From the NCBI GenBank assembly GCA_046075365.1, contig JBJTPZ010000271.1, forward strand, positions 811 to 64,810: a stretch of DNA of 64,000 bases, written 5' to 3'. The position numbers and the translations under genes were made by a program. The notes under the pieces are model-generated. The model had not been told where the DNA came from. It ran no database searches and worked only from the letters and a program-made list of their open reading frames with translations. This DNA comes from Planctomycetaceae bacterium (GTDB lineage Bacteria; Planctomycetota; Planctomycetia; Planctomycetales; Planctomycetaceae). Below, one piece after another: positions 45,105 to 54,279 of this stretch (the first letter of the stretch is position 1; every line of letters starts with the position of its first letter).

Positions 45105-45139
45105 TCAGGGGACACAGCAGGATTTTCAGGAGACACAGC
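45105..45139. promoter_or_regulatory. Two 14-nt direct repeats spaced 21 nt start-to-start in a divergent intergenic region
   Basis: TCAGGGGACACAGC (45105-45118) and TCAGGAGACACAGC (45126-45139) match 13/14. They lie between the sialidase-like (-) and DUF1559 (+) genes. Confidence 0.3.
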
Positions 45140-45365
45140 CGTGGATCCGAACAGGGCAGGGGGCCAAAACGGCTGTTCCTTCGGAATTCTGCAATCCCTG
45201 GGCACCCCTGTCGAGCTTCCAGCCCAGGTTTCCGGATCGAAAAAGACCGAAAAATCAACAGTCTTTACCAAACCGGGAACTTCCCTTTTCTCCAAATTTT
45301 CCGACAATCAGGCTTATTGTGCCTGCGTTTTTCCTGCCCTCTTTTATTGATCCTCGGAGGCATCC

Positions 45366-46367
45366 ATGAGAACCCTGACCAAACCGCAGCGCGGTTTCAC
45401 CCTGATCGAACTGCTGGTGGTGATCGCCATCATCGCCATCCTCGTGGCACTGCTGCTGCCCGCCGTACAGCAGGCCCGTGAAGCGGCTCGACGCACGCAG
45501 TGCAAAAACAATCTCAAACAGTTGGCACTGGCTGTCCACAACTACCACGACGTGGCCAACATGTTTCCTCCCGGCTACATCTTTGCCCCGCCGAATCTGG
45601 TCGTGCGGTCAGCGTTCACCATGCTGCTGCCCTACATCGAACAGACCAACCTGTACAACTCAATTGACTCCTCAGTCCCCATGATGAACGGGCCAACAGG
45701 GTACAACACCACAATCCTGGCCCAGAACATCGCCGCTGCCGCTACCGTTATTCCAGCATTCCTGTGCCCCTCCTCCATCGGACCCACAACTGACGATTAT
45801 ATGTATCCGGCCAATGCATTTGCTGCCGGCGTACCGCCCATGAACATGACCTGGAAAGGTGGCCGAACAGACTACGGCGGCACGACCGGCATTCGCGGTG
45901 TCTACGGTAACCTCGCCTACAACAACAATCAGGGTGGCGATCGAGACGGCTGCCTGACTGCAGCCGGTCTTGGCGGCAGCACATCCCGCATGCGTGACGT
46001 CACCGACGGAACTTCCAACACCCTGATGTTCGGCGAACGCACCGGCGGTGTGAAACTTTACTACAAATCTCAGCCGGCTGTTGGCCTGCCCGCCGTACTC
46101 GGAGTCACAAACGGTGGCTCATGGTCAGATGCACTCGCCTTCGAACACTGGCTGCAGGGTTCATTGTATGACGGCACCGGACTTGGCGGTGGCCCCTGCG
46201 CAATGTGCACCAACATTCGCGGCAACGGATTCCACAGCTTTCATACTGGCGGCTGCCAGTTCGCACTTGTTGACGGTTCCGTGCGCTTCATCAGCGAGAA
46301 CGTTGCGGCATCCGTATTCGCCTCCACAGTAACCAAAAAGAAGGGCGAAATTGTCGGCGAATTCTGA
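45366..46367 (+). CDS. DUF1559 protein with type IV pilin-like (prepilin cleavage/methylation) N-terminus
   Basis: [57 protein letters not shown] is the canonical planctomycete DUF1559 start. C-terminal [15 protein letters not shown]. Confidence 0.9.
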   Translation: MRTLTKPQRGFTLIELLVVIAIIAILVALLLPAVQQAREAARRTQCKNNLKQLALAVHNYHDVANMFPPGYIFAPPNLVVRSAFTMLLPYIEQTNLYNSIDSSVPMMNGPTGYNTTILAQNIAAAATVIPAFLCPSSIGPTTDDYMYPANAFAAGVPPMNMTWKGGRTDYGGTTGIRGVYGNLAYNNNQGGDRDGCLTAAGLGGSTSRMRDVTDGTSNTLMFGERTGGVKLYYKSQPAVGLPAVLGVTNGGSWSDALAFEHWLQGSLYDGTGLGGGPCAMCTNIRGNGFHSFHTGGCQFALVDGSVRFISENVAASVFASTVTKKKGEIVGEF

Positions 46368-46494
46368 TCTGTTTTCGCCTGCAGCAGCTGGATCAGGCCG
46401 GCTGCTTCGGCCCGCAATTTGCGGCCGGGGCAGCCCGCTCTGCCCGTTCCATGTTTCTCTGTACAATTTCCGGCCCCTCGCGGCCTCGCCAGTA

Positions 46495-46941
46495 ATGGAC
46501 TCGAAAATGCACAAATACCCCTTAATAATCCTCACCACACTGCTGCTTGTCGCAGGCTGTGGTGAAGCTCCCAATCGCAAGGCCACTTTCCCGGTCAAAG
46601 GGAAAATCACTGTCGATGGCCAGGCACCCGGTTCCGCCGTACGAATTGAATGCATCCCCGTGGCAGGCCTCGATACCACAGATCCCACAGTATCCGGCAC
46701 CGAATGCGACCCGGAAGGCAACTTTCAGATCTCAACCTATCAGCAGGGTGACGGTGTTCCGCCTGGCGACTACGTGCTGACATTTACCTGGCAGGAATTC
46801 AACCTGATGTCTCGGCAGTACACCGGCAAGGACAAACTCAATGGTCGGTATGCCGACCCTAAAAGTCCCTCAGCCCAGAAAGTCTCCGTAAAAGCAGGTG
46901 AACCGACAGACCTCGGGACCGTTGCACTCACAACAAAGTGA
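46495..46941 (+). CDS. Small lipoprotein with carboxypeptidase-regulatory-like (Ig-like beta-sandwich) domain
   Basis: MDSKMHKYPLIILTTLLLVAGC lipobox, then FPVKGKITVDGQAPGSAVRIECIP...EGNFQISTY...GDYVLTF. Either ATG 46495 or 46507 could be the start. Confidence 0.6.
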   Translation: MDSKMHKYPLIILTTLLLVAGCGEAPNRKATFPVKGKITVDGQAPGSAVRIECIPVAGLDTTDPTVSGTECDPEGNFQISTYQQGDGVPPGDYVLTFTWQEFNLMSRQYTGKDKLNGRYADPKSPSAQKVSVKAGEPTDLGTVALTTK

Positions 46942-47077
46942 CCAGCGCTCCTGCCGCCTTCCGTGTTACCAGTTTACAGTTGACCCTGCACATGACCATT
47001 ACGGCGGAGCAGCACCTGCTGGTCCGCCGTTTTCTCTTAATCCCCTCCCTCGACTGCGATTGCTTCAGGATTCACTC

Positions 47078-48409
47078 ATGCTGTCCCGCGCCAACTTTCT
47101 TAAGCTGTTGGTTTTACTGCCGTTCATCGTACCAGGCCCCGCCCGCGCAGATGAAAAACAGACAGCCGAACTGCCTCAGGAAATCTTCCAGTACATGGAA
47201 CGCCCGGAACCGGACTTCGCATGGAAAAAGCTGGATACCATTGAGGCCGGCCAGAATCGAGTCCATCGACTGCAACTGACATCACAGAAATGGCAGAACA
47301 TCATCTGGAAGCACGCGCTGGTTGTTTACGAACCTAAGCAGCTCATTCACAAACAGCAGATGCTGCTGTTTGTCACGGGGGGCAGCAATGGTCGCATGCC
47401 ACAACTGACCGACTTCGCGCTCGGCCTTGCACTCGCAGACGCCTGCGGTGCTCGTGTTGCTACCCTGCATCAGGTTCCCAATCAGCCACTGTTCGAAAAT
47501 CGCGTCGAAGACGACCTGATCACTGAAACCTGGCTGAAATATCTGAAAACCGGAGACGCCACATGGCCATTGCTTTTCCCAATGGCCAAAAGCGCTGTCA
47601 AAGCCATGGATGCCCTGCAGCAGTTTGCCAGCAGCGAATTTCAGCAGGATGTCACTTCCTTCGTCATATCCGGGGCTTCCAAACGCGGCTGGACCAGCTG
47701 GCTCACACCCGTCGTTGACAAACGAATCATCGCCACGGCTCCCATCGTTATCGATGTCCTCAACTTCCCGGCACAGATGAAACATCAGAAAAAAACCTGG
47801 GGTGTTTACAGCGAACAAATCGCTGACTACACCAGCAAAGGACTGGTTCATGAAAACGGTATTCCAGAAGACGGTCGCGAGGCAGAACTCTGGAAAATGA
47901 TGGATCCGTTTACATACCGATCCCGGCTCACGATGCCAAAGCTCATCGTCGTCGGAGCCAACGACAGATACTGGACCGTCGACGCCATGAATCTCTACTG
48001 GGATGAACTGCAGGGAACCCGCCATATCCATCGGGCTCCTAACGCAGGACACGGACTGGATCAGGGACGCGATTACGCACTGACCACCATCGCCGTATTT
48101 TTTCGCCACGTTGCCGCCGGTAAATCTCTGCCTGAAATCAACTGGAAACCACAAGTGACCGACAGCGCCGTAGGCTTCAGCCTGCAGACATCCGGCCAGC
48201 CGGTCGCTGTCCGAATTTGGTCCGCTCGCTCAGCCACCAATGACTTCCGAGAATCAAAGTGGACGTCTGCAGAACTGCAGGCCACCGCTGGGCAATACAT
48301 CGGATCTGCTGCAAAAAATGGTGACGAACGAGTCGCCGTGTTTGGGGAAGCCCAGTACGAATACGAGGGCCTCAAGTACTCAATCAACACGCTCGTCTGG
48401 TGGAAATAA
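47078..48409 (+). CDS. PhoPQ-activated pathogenicity-related (PqaA-type) alpha/beta-hydrolase-like secreted protein
   Basis: Signal MLSRANFLKLLVLLPFIVPGPARA. Also WKHALVVYEP, LLFVTGGSNG, ISGASKRGWTSWLTPVVDKRIIATAPIVIDVLNF and GANDRYW. The family call is from memory of the SKRGWT/LN motif block. Confidence 0.55.
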   Translation: MLSRANFLKLLVLLPFIVPGPARADEKQTAELPQEIFQYMERPEPDFAWKKLDTIEAGQNRVHRLQLTSQKWQNIIWKHALVVYEPKQLIHKQQMLLFVTGGSNGRMPQLTDFALGLALADACGARVATLHQVPNQPLFENRVEDDLITETWLKYLKTGDATWPLLFPMAKSAVKAMDALQQFASSEFQQDVTSFVISGASKRGWTSWLTPVVDKRIIATAPIVIDVLNFPAQMKHQKKTWGVYSEQIADYTSKGLVHENGIPEDGREAELWKMMDPFTYRSRLTMPKLIVVGANDRYWTVDAMNLYWDELQGTRHIHRAPNAGHGLDQGRDYALTTIAVFFRHVAAGKSLPEINWKPQVTDSAVGFSLQTSGQPVAVRIWSARSATNDFRESKWTSAELQATAGQYIGSAAKNGDERVAVFGEAQYEYEGLKYSINTLVWWK

Positions 48410-48445
48410 ATCGCCACAGCAACCCCGGCAGGAGCAAAATCGCAA

Positions 48446-50140
48446 ATGTACCGCAGCATCTGCTTGCTGATGATGTGCCTCAGTACCTTTGCTCCTGCAG
48501 CTGCAGAAGATCTGCGGCTGAATGAGCAACAGCGAGTTGAAGTCATCAGACGGATCGCACCCAGCGTCGTCTGTGTCATGGACTCGGCCGGAGCCGGCGG
48601 CGGCTCCGGCGTCCTCATCTCGCCCGATGGCTTCGCCATCAGCAATTACCACGTCACATCCGGGTCCGGCAGCTTTCTGAAATGCGGACTGAACGACGGC
48701 AAAGTCTACGATGCGGTCATCGTGGGAATTGACCCCACAGGAGACGTGGCACTGATTCAGCTGCAGGGACGCTCCGACTTTCCATTTGCAACCCCCGGAA
48801 ACAGCGACAACGTCAGGGCAGGGGACCAGTGCCTCGCTCTCGGTAACCCGTTTCTGCTCGCATCCGACTTCTCTCCAACTGTGACCTTCGGGATTGTCAG
48901 CGGAACTCGACGTTATCAGTACCCGGCAAATACCTTCCTCGAATACACCGACTGCATCCAGATCGATGCCTCCATCAATCCCGGAAACTCTGGCGGCCCC
49001 CTGTTCGACATTAAGGGACGCTGGATTGGGATTAATGGCAGGGCCTCCTTCGAAAAACGCGGGCGAGTCAATTCAGGAGCAGCCTACGCCATTTCAGTAA
49101 ATCAGGTACTCAATTTTGTTGATCACCTGAAATGCGGACTCATCGTCGATCACGGACGCACTGACTTTACAGTCGAGTCCGACGAACAGTTTAATGTGGT
49201 GGTACGCCAGGTCAGTGAACTCTCCGAAGCATGGCGACGTGGACTCCGCAGCGGCGCTGTTCTGGAATCCTTCGCAGGACGACAGCTGAATTCAGCAAAC
49301 GATTTCCAGAATGTCGTCGGTATCTTTCCAGAAGGCACACGACTGCCAGTGACCTGGCGCGATCGCACCGGCCGTCATTCCGCCACCGTACGACTCGGAC
49401 CACTGCACGCCTTCCGGAAAGCACCCGAACTTCCACAGGAAAGACAACGCGAGACACCACCGGATGGTGACAGCGAGCAATCGCGGGAGCAGCCTCCGGC
49501 CGAACTTCAAAAACTCTTCATCGCACGCGATGGATTCAGCAACTACTACTTCAACCAGCTGGTTAGTCAGCAACTCCTAAGTACGCTACAGCAGCGATTC
49601 GCTGATTACCACACAGACTCAGGCTGGAAAATTGAACTGTCTGCCGAAAACAGCGACTCCCCGGCAAAAGGTGAGCTCGTGGTCACCTCAGAAACCGTCG
49701 GACTGCGGCTGAACGAACAGTCGTGGCTGCAAAAAGTCGCTCAGCCGGATCTGCAGGAGGAACCACCTGCCTTCCCAGGATTCCTGATTGCCGTTAATCA
49801 GCTCCATCGGATGCTTCGCAAAGATGCGCCCCTGTTTGATGAAATCACGGCAACCGGGCGCACTGTTCATCTGCCGTCGGGCAGGGCACTGCAGGTTCTC
49901 ACAACCAGATCCGGCACTCGCACTGCTCGCTGGTATTTCAACGCTCCGGATGCCCTGCCCGTCGCACTCGACCTCGAACCAGAAGCCGCCAAAGACGAAA
50001 TTCGACTCATGTTTGACGAATGGAAAACATGGCAGGGAGTCATCTTTCCTGAACGTCTCGGAATCATTGACCCGGCTACCGAACAGATTCGCTGGCTGCG
50101 GACTACAGCGGCCGCAGGAAAACAGGAACCAGGCAAATGA
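48446..50140 (+). CDS. S1C (HtrA/DegP-like) serine protease with PDZ-like region and ~230-aa unassigned C-terminal domain
   Basis: Signal MYRSICLLMMCLSTFAPAAA. Catalytic triad contexts: GSGVLISPDGFAISNYHV (His), GDVALIQL (Asp), DASINPGNSGGPLF (Ser). Confidence 0.8.
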   Translation: MYRSICLLMMCLSTFAPAAAEDLRLNEQQRVEVIRRIAPSVVCVMDSAGAGGGSGVLISPDGFAISNYHVTSGSGSFLKCGLNDGKVYDAVIVGIDPTGDVALIQLQGRSDFPFATPGNSDNVRAGDQCLALGNPFLLASDFSPTVTFGIVSGTRRYQYPANTFLEYTDCIQIDASINPGNSGGPLFDIKGRWIGINGRASFEKRGRVNSGAAYAISVNQVLNFVDHLKCGLIVDHGRTDFTVESDEQFNVVVRQVSELSEAWRRGLRSGAVLESFAGRQLNSANDFQNVVGIFPEGTRLPVTWRDRTGRHSATVRLGPLHAFRKAPELPQERQRETPPDGDSEQSREQPPAELQKLFIARDGFSNYYFNQLVSQQLLSTLQQRFADYHTDSGWKIELSAENSDSPAKGELVVTSETVGLRLNEQSWLQKVAQPDLQEEPPAFPGFLIAVNQLHRMLRKDAPLFDEITATGRTVHLPSGRALQVLTTRSGTRTARWYFNAPDALPVALDLEPEAAKDEIRLMFDEWKTWQGVIFPERLGIIDPATEQIRWLRTTAAAGKQEPGK

Positions 50141-51174
50141 AATTCCGTCGCCGATCGCTGCTGAAGCTGGCCGCTGTGCTCACGCTTCGGATTCCAGATG
50201 CCGCTGCTCAGCCACCCGCAGATCTCAGCGACTGCCAAAAAGTTGTCGTCAAACTTTTCGGAGCAGGGCTGGGTTCACTGGATTCTTATGGCACCGGAGT
50301 CCTGGTCTCAGCCGACGGCCATGTGCTCACCGTCGCCAGCCACCTCGTCTCAACAGGCTTCCTCACTGCTGTCACCTCCGATGGAAAAAGATACTCGGCC
50401 GAAACGGTCGCTACTGAACCCTCCATGGACGCAGCACTGCTGAAACTCAAAGCCGAATCCGCCCAGCAATTTCCCTGTATTGATCTCAACTCGGCCATCG
50501 ACCCGGAACCCGGAACACCAGTGCTCGCATGGAGCAACATGTTTCGTGTCGCTGCGGGCAACGAACCCGTCTCCGTCGTCCACGGCGTTATCGCCGCCTC
50601 AGTACCACTCGATGCCGTTCAGGGGAAATGGAAGTTTCCTTTGCAGAGCAGTGTCTGGCTGGTTGATGCCATCACGAATAATTCAGGTGCTGCCGGCGGA
50701 CTGCTGACAGATGAAAACGGACGCCCCGTCGGTCTCATCGGTCGCGAAATTCGACACGCAGTCAGCGGCACATGGGTCAATTACGCTGTGCCGCTGACAA
50801 CCCTGAAATCGGCTGTTGCCGCCATGCTGGCCGGCCGCCGCCTCGCCGCTGCCCAGCCAAAACGCGAAGAACCAATGCTGTCCGCAAAAGACCTCACCGC
50901 AAGATTCGGACTGGCGTTGATGCCCGCTGTCCTCGAAAGAACCCCGGCATGGGTTGACGCTGTCACTCCGGGTTCCACCGCGGCACAAGCGGGGATCCGA
51001 CGAGGCGACCTGGTTGTGCTGGTGGGTGACTCAATCATCACCAGCGAATCTGATGCGAGAAAGCGACTTGCTGAATTCCGCCCGGGGCAGAAGATTGCAG
51101 TGACTGTATCACGCAACGAACAACTGCTGGAACTGTCGCTGACCGTCGGCACGCCTGCCGCTGCCGAACGCTGA
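50137..51174 (+). CDS. S1C-like protease homolog with PDZ domain and a non-canonical active-site loop
   Basis: TAT-like signal MKFRRRSLLKLAAV. Also GTGVLVSADGHVLTVASHLV and MDAALLKL, with DAITNNSGAAGGLL in place of the GNSGG motif. PDZ region: GSTAAQAGIRRGDLVVLVGD. Its ATG overlaps the upstream stop (ATGA). Confidence 0.7.
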   Translation: MKFRRRSLLKLAAVLTLRIPDAAAQPPADLSDCQKVVVKLFGAGLGSLDSYGTGVLVSADGHVLTVASHLVSTGFLTAVTSDGKRYSAETVATEPSMDAALLKLKAESAQQFPCIDLNSAIDPEPGTPVLAWSNMFRVAAGNEPVSVVHGVIAASVPLDAVQGKWKFPLQSSVWLVDAITNNSGAAGGLLTDENGRPVGLIGREIRHAVSGTWVNYAVPLTTLKSAVAAMLAGRRLAAAQPKREEPMLSAKDLTARFGLALMPAVLERTPAWVDAVTPGSTAAQAGIRRGDLVVLVGDSIITSESDARKRLAEFRPGQKIAVTVSRNEQLLELSLTVGTPAAAER

Positions 51175-51305
51175 GTCTGCCCGCAACCAAACTCCGGCCC
51201 CCACCAAAAAACACAAAACCCAACGTCCGATAATGTCCGTTATGTTAAGTTGTTCCTGAAAAAAACACGAGTTTTCACTCGCAGAAACAATTCGGCACGC
51301 TTTCC

Positions 51306-52523
51306 TCATATCCCACGCAAACGCGATCGCAACTCACGATCCAGCTGCTCCACACTCACCCCGGAACGACTCAGCTGACGAACGATCCGCTCGTCCAGTC
51401 GAGTATCTACGTTGGTACCAATGTCTGGATCGCGCGACAGCCCAAGAGCATCCGCATGCCAGTCCTCAAGGACACGACGCACCACCACAGGCGGCAAACC
51501 CGAAAGATGCTCGCGAGCCCCCGAAACAATCTCCGCTCGCTGACTGTAGATCGCCGATATCTCATCCAGCAGCCTGCCGTCCGCAACGCTCAACTGCAAC
51601 GACTCCCGACGCCTGCCTGCACCCTGCCCGTCGCCAGCTGCAGAATCTTCGGATCCCCCACCAGTGGAAACCGCTCCGGAAACTCGCCGCATTAAACCAG
51701 ACAGCAATGAGCCAGCACCACTGGTCGCCCCTCTCGATAACTCATCCAGTATTCGCTGACGCTCCTCCGGTGTCGCCTCCACCAATTCCCGCAGAGTCCG
51801 CTCCGGTAACTGATCCCGTAACTCCTGTGGCAGATTGAGAAGCAGATCCGAAGACTCTTCTCCCGACCGTTCACCCAGTCGATTCAAATCAAACCCACTG
51901 TCACCAGCACCCAGCCACGACCCTGATTCTGCTGCCGAAGGCTGCTCGGCGAAAGTACCAGCAGTCGTCGCCCGCGCCGAGGCCAGCTCGTCCACCGCCG
52001 GCAAATGCTGACCAAATCTGTTCAGCACCTGCTCAACCGCCTCCACTGAATGATCAGGAACAAGCTGCAGCAATACCTGGGAATGACTGAGTATCAGCGC
52101 GGCGCCGTACCCCGACCACGTGCGGCTGACCGCATTTCGAATATCAGGTGACATAGTGATCAGAAAATACATGGCTGTCATGCAGATCACAACGCCCCGC
52201 ACCAGCCCCAGCAATGCTCCCAAATGTCGATCAAATCCGCCCAGACGAGCATCCTCGAGCCACTTGCCAATGATCCCCGCACCCAAAAACGTGGCACCAC
52301 ACAGAGCCACATACACCACCAGCATCGATAACCAGTGCTTCAGCGGAGGCTCAACGGCAATGATCGGCTCAATCAAAGGAGACAGTGTCCCCGAAAACTT
52401 GAAACAGAGCAGCAGCGCAGCAGCCCACGCAAGCTGCGAAAGCAACCCCCGAGATGCCCCGCGAATCGTGCAGAACAGCAGCACGCAAAGCACTACCAGA
52501 TCGATCACCTGCGACGAATTCAT
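51306..52523 (-). CDS. cvpA: CvpA-family membrane protein with a long C-terminal extension
   Basis: MNSSQVIDLVVLCVLLFCTIRGASRGLLSQL plus three more TM segments form a CvpA-like N-terminal ~170 aa. About 230 aa of charged, unassigned sequence follow. Start taken at Met 52523. Confidence 0.65.
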   Translation of the reverse strand: MNSSQVIDLVVLCVLLFCTIRGASRGLLSQLAWAAALLLCFKFSGTLSPLIEPIIAVEPPLKHWLSMLVVYVALCGATFLGAGIIGKWLEDARLGGFDRHLGALLGLVRGVVICMTAMYFLITMSPDIRNAVSRTWSGYGAALILSHSQVLLQLVPDHSVEAVEQVLNRFGQHLPAVDELASARATTAGTFAEQPSAAESGSWLGAGDSGFDLNRLGERSGEESSDLLLNLPQELRDQLPERTLRELVEATPEERQRILDELSRGATSGAGSLLSGLMRRVSGAVSTGGGSEDSAAGDGQGAGRRRESLQLSVADGRLLDEISAIYSQRAEIVSGAREHLSGLPPVVVRRVLEDWHADALGLSRDPDIGTNVDTRLDERIVRQLSRSGVSVEQLDRELRSRLRGI

Positions 52524-52700
52524 TGGCGGACATCCATGAGCCGAACAGCGAAACCTCCGGGTTATTATAGGAGGACTGGGACACCTCGATAAAGAGGGAA
52601 TACAGTGGCCACTATGCCGAATAGTCCAAATCCGACGTCGCCAGATCTGAAAATCCGGCAGAGAAGGGCAGTCCCGACACGCAAACTGCAAAACACAGCA

Positions 52701-53150
52701 TCAGAACTGACGGCGACTGTCCAGCAGTAATGTCACAGGTCCGTCATTCAGCAGACGAACATCCATGTGAGCCTGAAATCTGCCCGTCTCAACCCGCACA
52801 CCATGACCACGCAATTCCGCCACTGCACTCTGATACAACGGTAACGCAACCTCCGGCCGCGCTGCCTCCACAAAACTGGGACGACGCCCCTTCCGACAGT
52901 CCCCGTACAGCGTAAACTGACTCACCAGCAGCACTGCGCCCCCAACATCCCCCAAACCCAGGTTCATCCGACCTTCAGCATCCTCAAATATTCGCAGTCC
53001 AGCAATCTTCTCCGCAGTCCAGATGATGTCTTTCTCTGAGTCATCTGCGGCGATCCCCAGCAGCACCAAAAAACCACGACCAATCTGACCAGTAACCTCA
53101 CCGTCAACAGTCACTGACGCCTCGGAAACCCGCTGCACTACCGCTCGCAT
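52701..53150 (-). CDS. dtd: D-aminoacyl-tRNA deacylase
   Basis: [45 protein letters not shown] and GPVTLLLD. Confidence 0.95.
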   Translation of the reverse strand: MRAVVQRVSEASVTVDGEVTGQIGRGFLVLLGIAADDSEKDIIWTAEKIAGLRIFEDAEGRMNLGLGDVGGAVLLVSQFTLYGDCRKGRRPSFVEAARPEVALPLYQSAVAELRGHGVRVETGRFQAHMDVRLLNDGPVTLLLDSRRQF

Positions 53151-54277
53151 GATGCCCCCCGCATACCGCCCCCGCAAAAACGCTCCACCTGCAAATCCTC
53201 AAGACTCATTGGCGAACGCCCCGCCAGCATCAGCTCGCACAGTACCTCCGCCGTCCCAGCAGACATCTGCAAACCCGAACGAAAGTGCCCTGCCCCCACA
53301 TACAAATTTTCAAAACCAGCCACCCGCCCCAGCAATGGCAGGCCGTCCGGAGTGCCCGGACGCAAACCAGCCCAGGTCTTCACAACTGGAGCCTGCAACA
53401 GTCCCGGCACCAGATCACACGCAAACTCCAGCAGACCCCGTAGTCCCGACACCGTGTTCTCACGGCAAAAACCGACATCCTCCTCAGTCGATCCCGCCAG
53501 TATCAAACCATCCTCCCGCGGCACAAGATAGCGTCGACCACACTCCACCACGCTCGGCAACCAGCCGCCCCCCATCCGCAACAGTACCATCTGACCGCGA
53601 ATCGGCCGGATCCTGGCCTCCACACCAAATGGCTCCAGCATTCGACCTGACCAGGCACCTGAAGTCAGACACACGGCCGTCGGCTGCAGCGTCCCCAACC
53701 CCGTTCTTACTGCAGTAATCCGCCCGGATTCCCATTCCAGTGACGATTCACCAGCCCCCTCAATCAGCGTTACACCAGTCAATAGACAGGCCGATTTTAA
53801 GACCCGCAAATGCCACGGATTCCGTACCTGCGCAAACTCCGGTAACCATACCGCAGCAGTTCGAGCTTCGCTCAGCACTGGAACGCGACGTCGCAGCTCA
53901 CCCCACGTCAGCACCTCCGCCAGTACACCCTCCTGAATCCAGCGATCGGCTTCAACAGACGCCTCCGCAGCAGACTCCGTCAAAACACACGAACCACAGA
54001 CTCGGTAACCATTGTCCTCTCCGGTCAGTCGCTGCAGCAGTGCGTTCAGACGCGGCCAGGCCTCGAAACTGAAAGAGCGCAGCCGAGCCTCTGCTGACGT
54101 CGCTGTCGGTACCCTGCCCGGCGGAAGCATCCCGGCACCTGCCCAGGAAGCCTCCCGCCCGACCTCCGAACGCTCAACAATCGTGACCTCAGCTCCACGC
54201 TGCCTCAACAGCAAAGCCGTGGTCAAACCCACCACTCCGCCGCCCAGCAGCACGATCCGCGAATCTGCCTCGGACAT
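53138..54277 (-). CDS. FAD-dependent oxidoreductase of the DAO family (glycine oxidase ThiO-like)
   Basis: Dinucleotide fold [38 protein letters not shown] and [16 protein letters not shown]. The start at 54277 lies 2 nt after the upstream stop. The 3' end overlaps the dtd start by 13 nt. Confidence 0.7.
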   Translation of the reverse strand: MSEADSRIVLLGGGVVGLTTALLLRQRGAEVTIVERSEVGREASWAGAGMLPPGRVPTATSAEARLRSFSFEAWPRLNALLQRLTGEDNGYRVCGSCVLTESAAEASVEADRWIQEGVLAEVLTWGELRRRVPVLSEARTAAVWLPEFAQVRNPWHLRVLKSACLLTGVTLIEGAGESSLEWESGRITAVRTGLGTLQPTAVCLTSGAWSGRMLEPFGVEARIRPIRGQMVLLRMGGGWLPSVVECGRRYLVPREDGLILAGSTEEDVGFCRENTVSGLRGLLEFACDLVPGLLQAPVVKTWAGLRPGTPDGLPLLGRVAGFENLYVGAGHFRSGLQMSAGTAEVLCELMLAGRSPMSLEDLQVERFCGGGMRGASCER

Positions 54278-54279
54278 AT

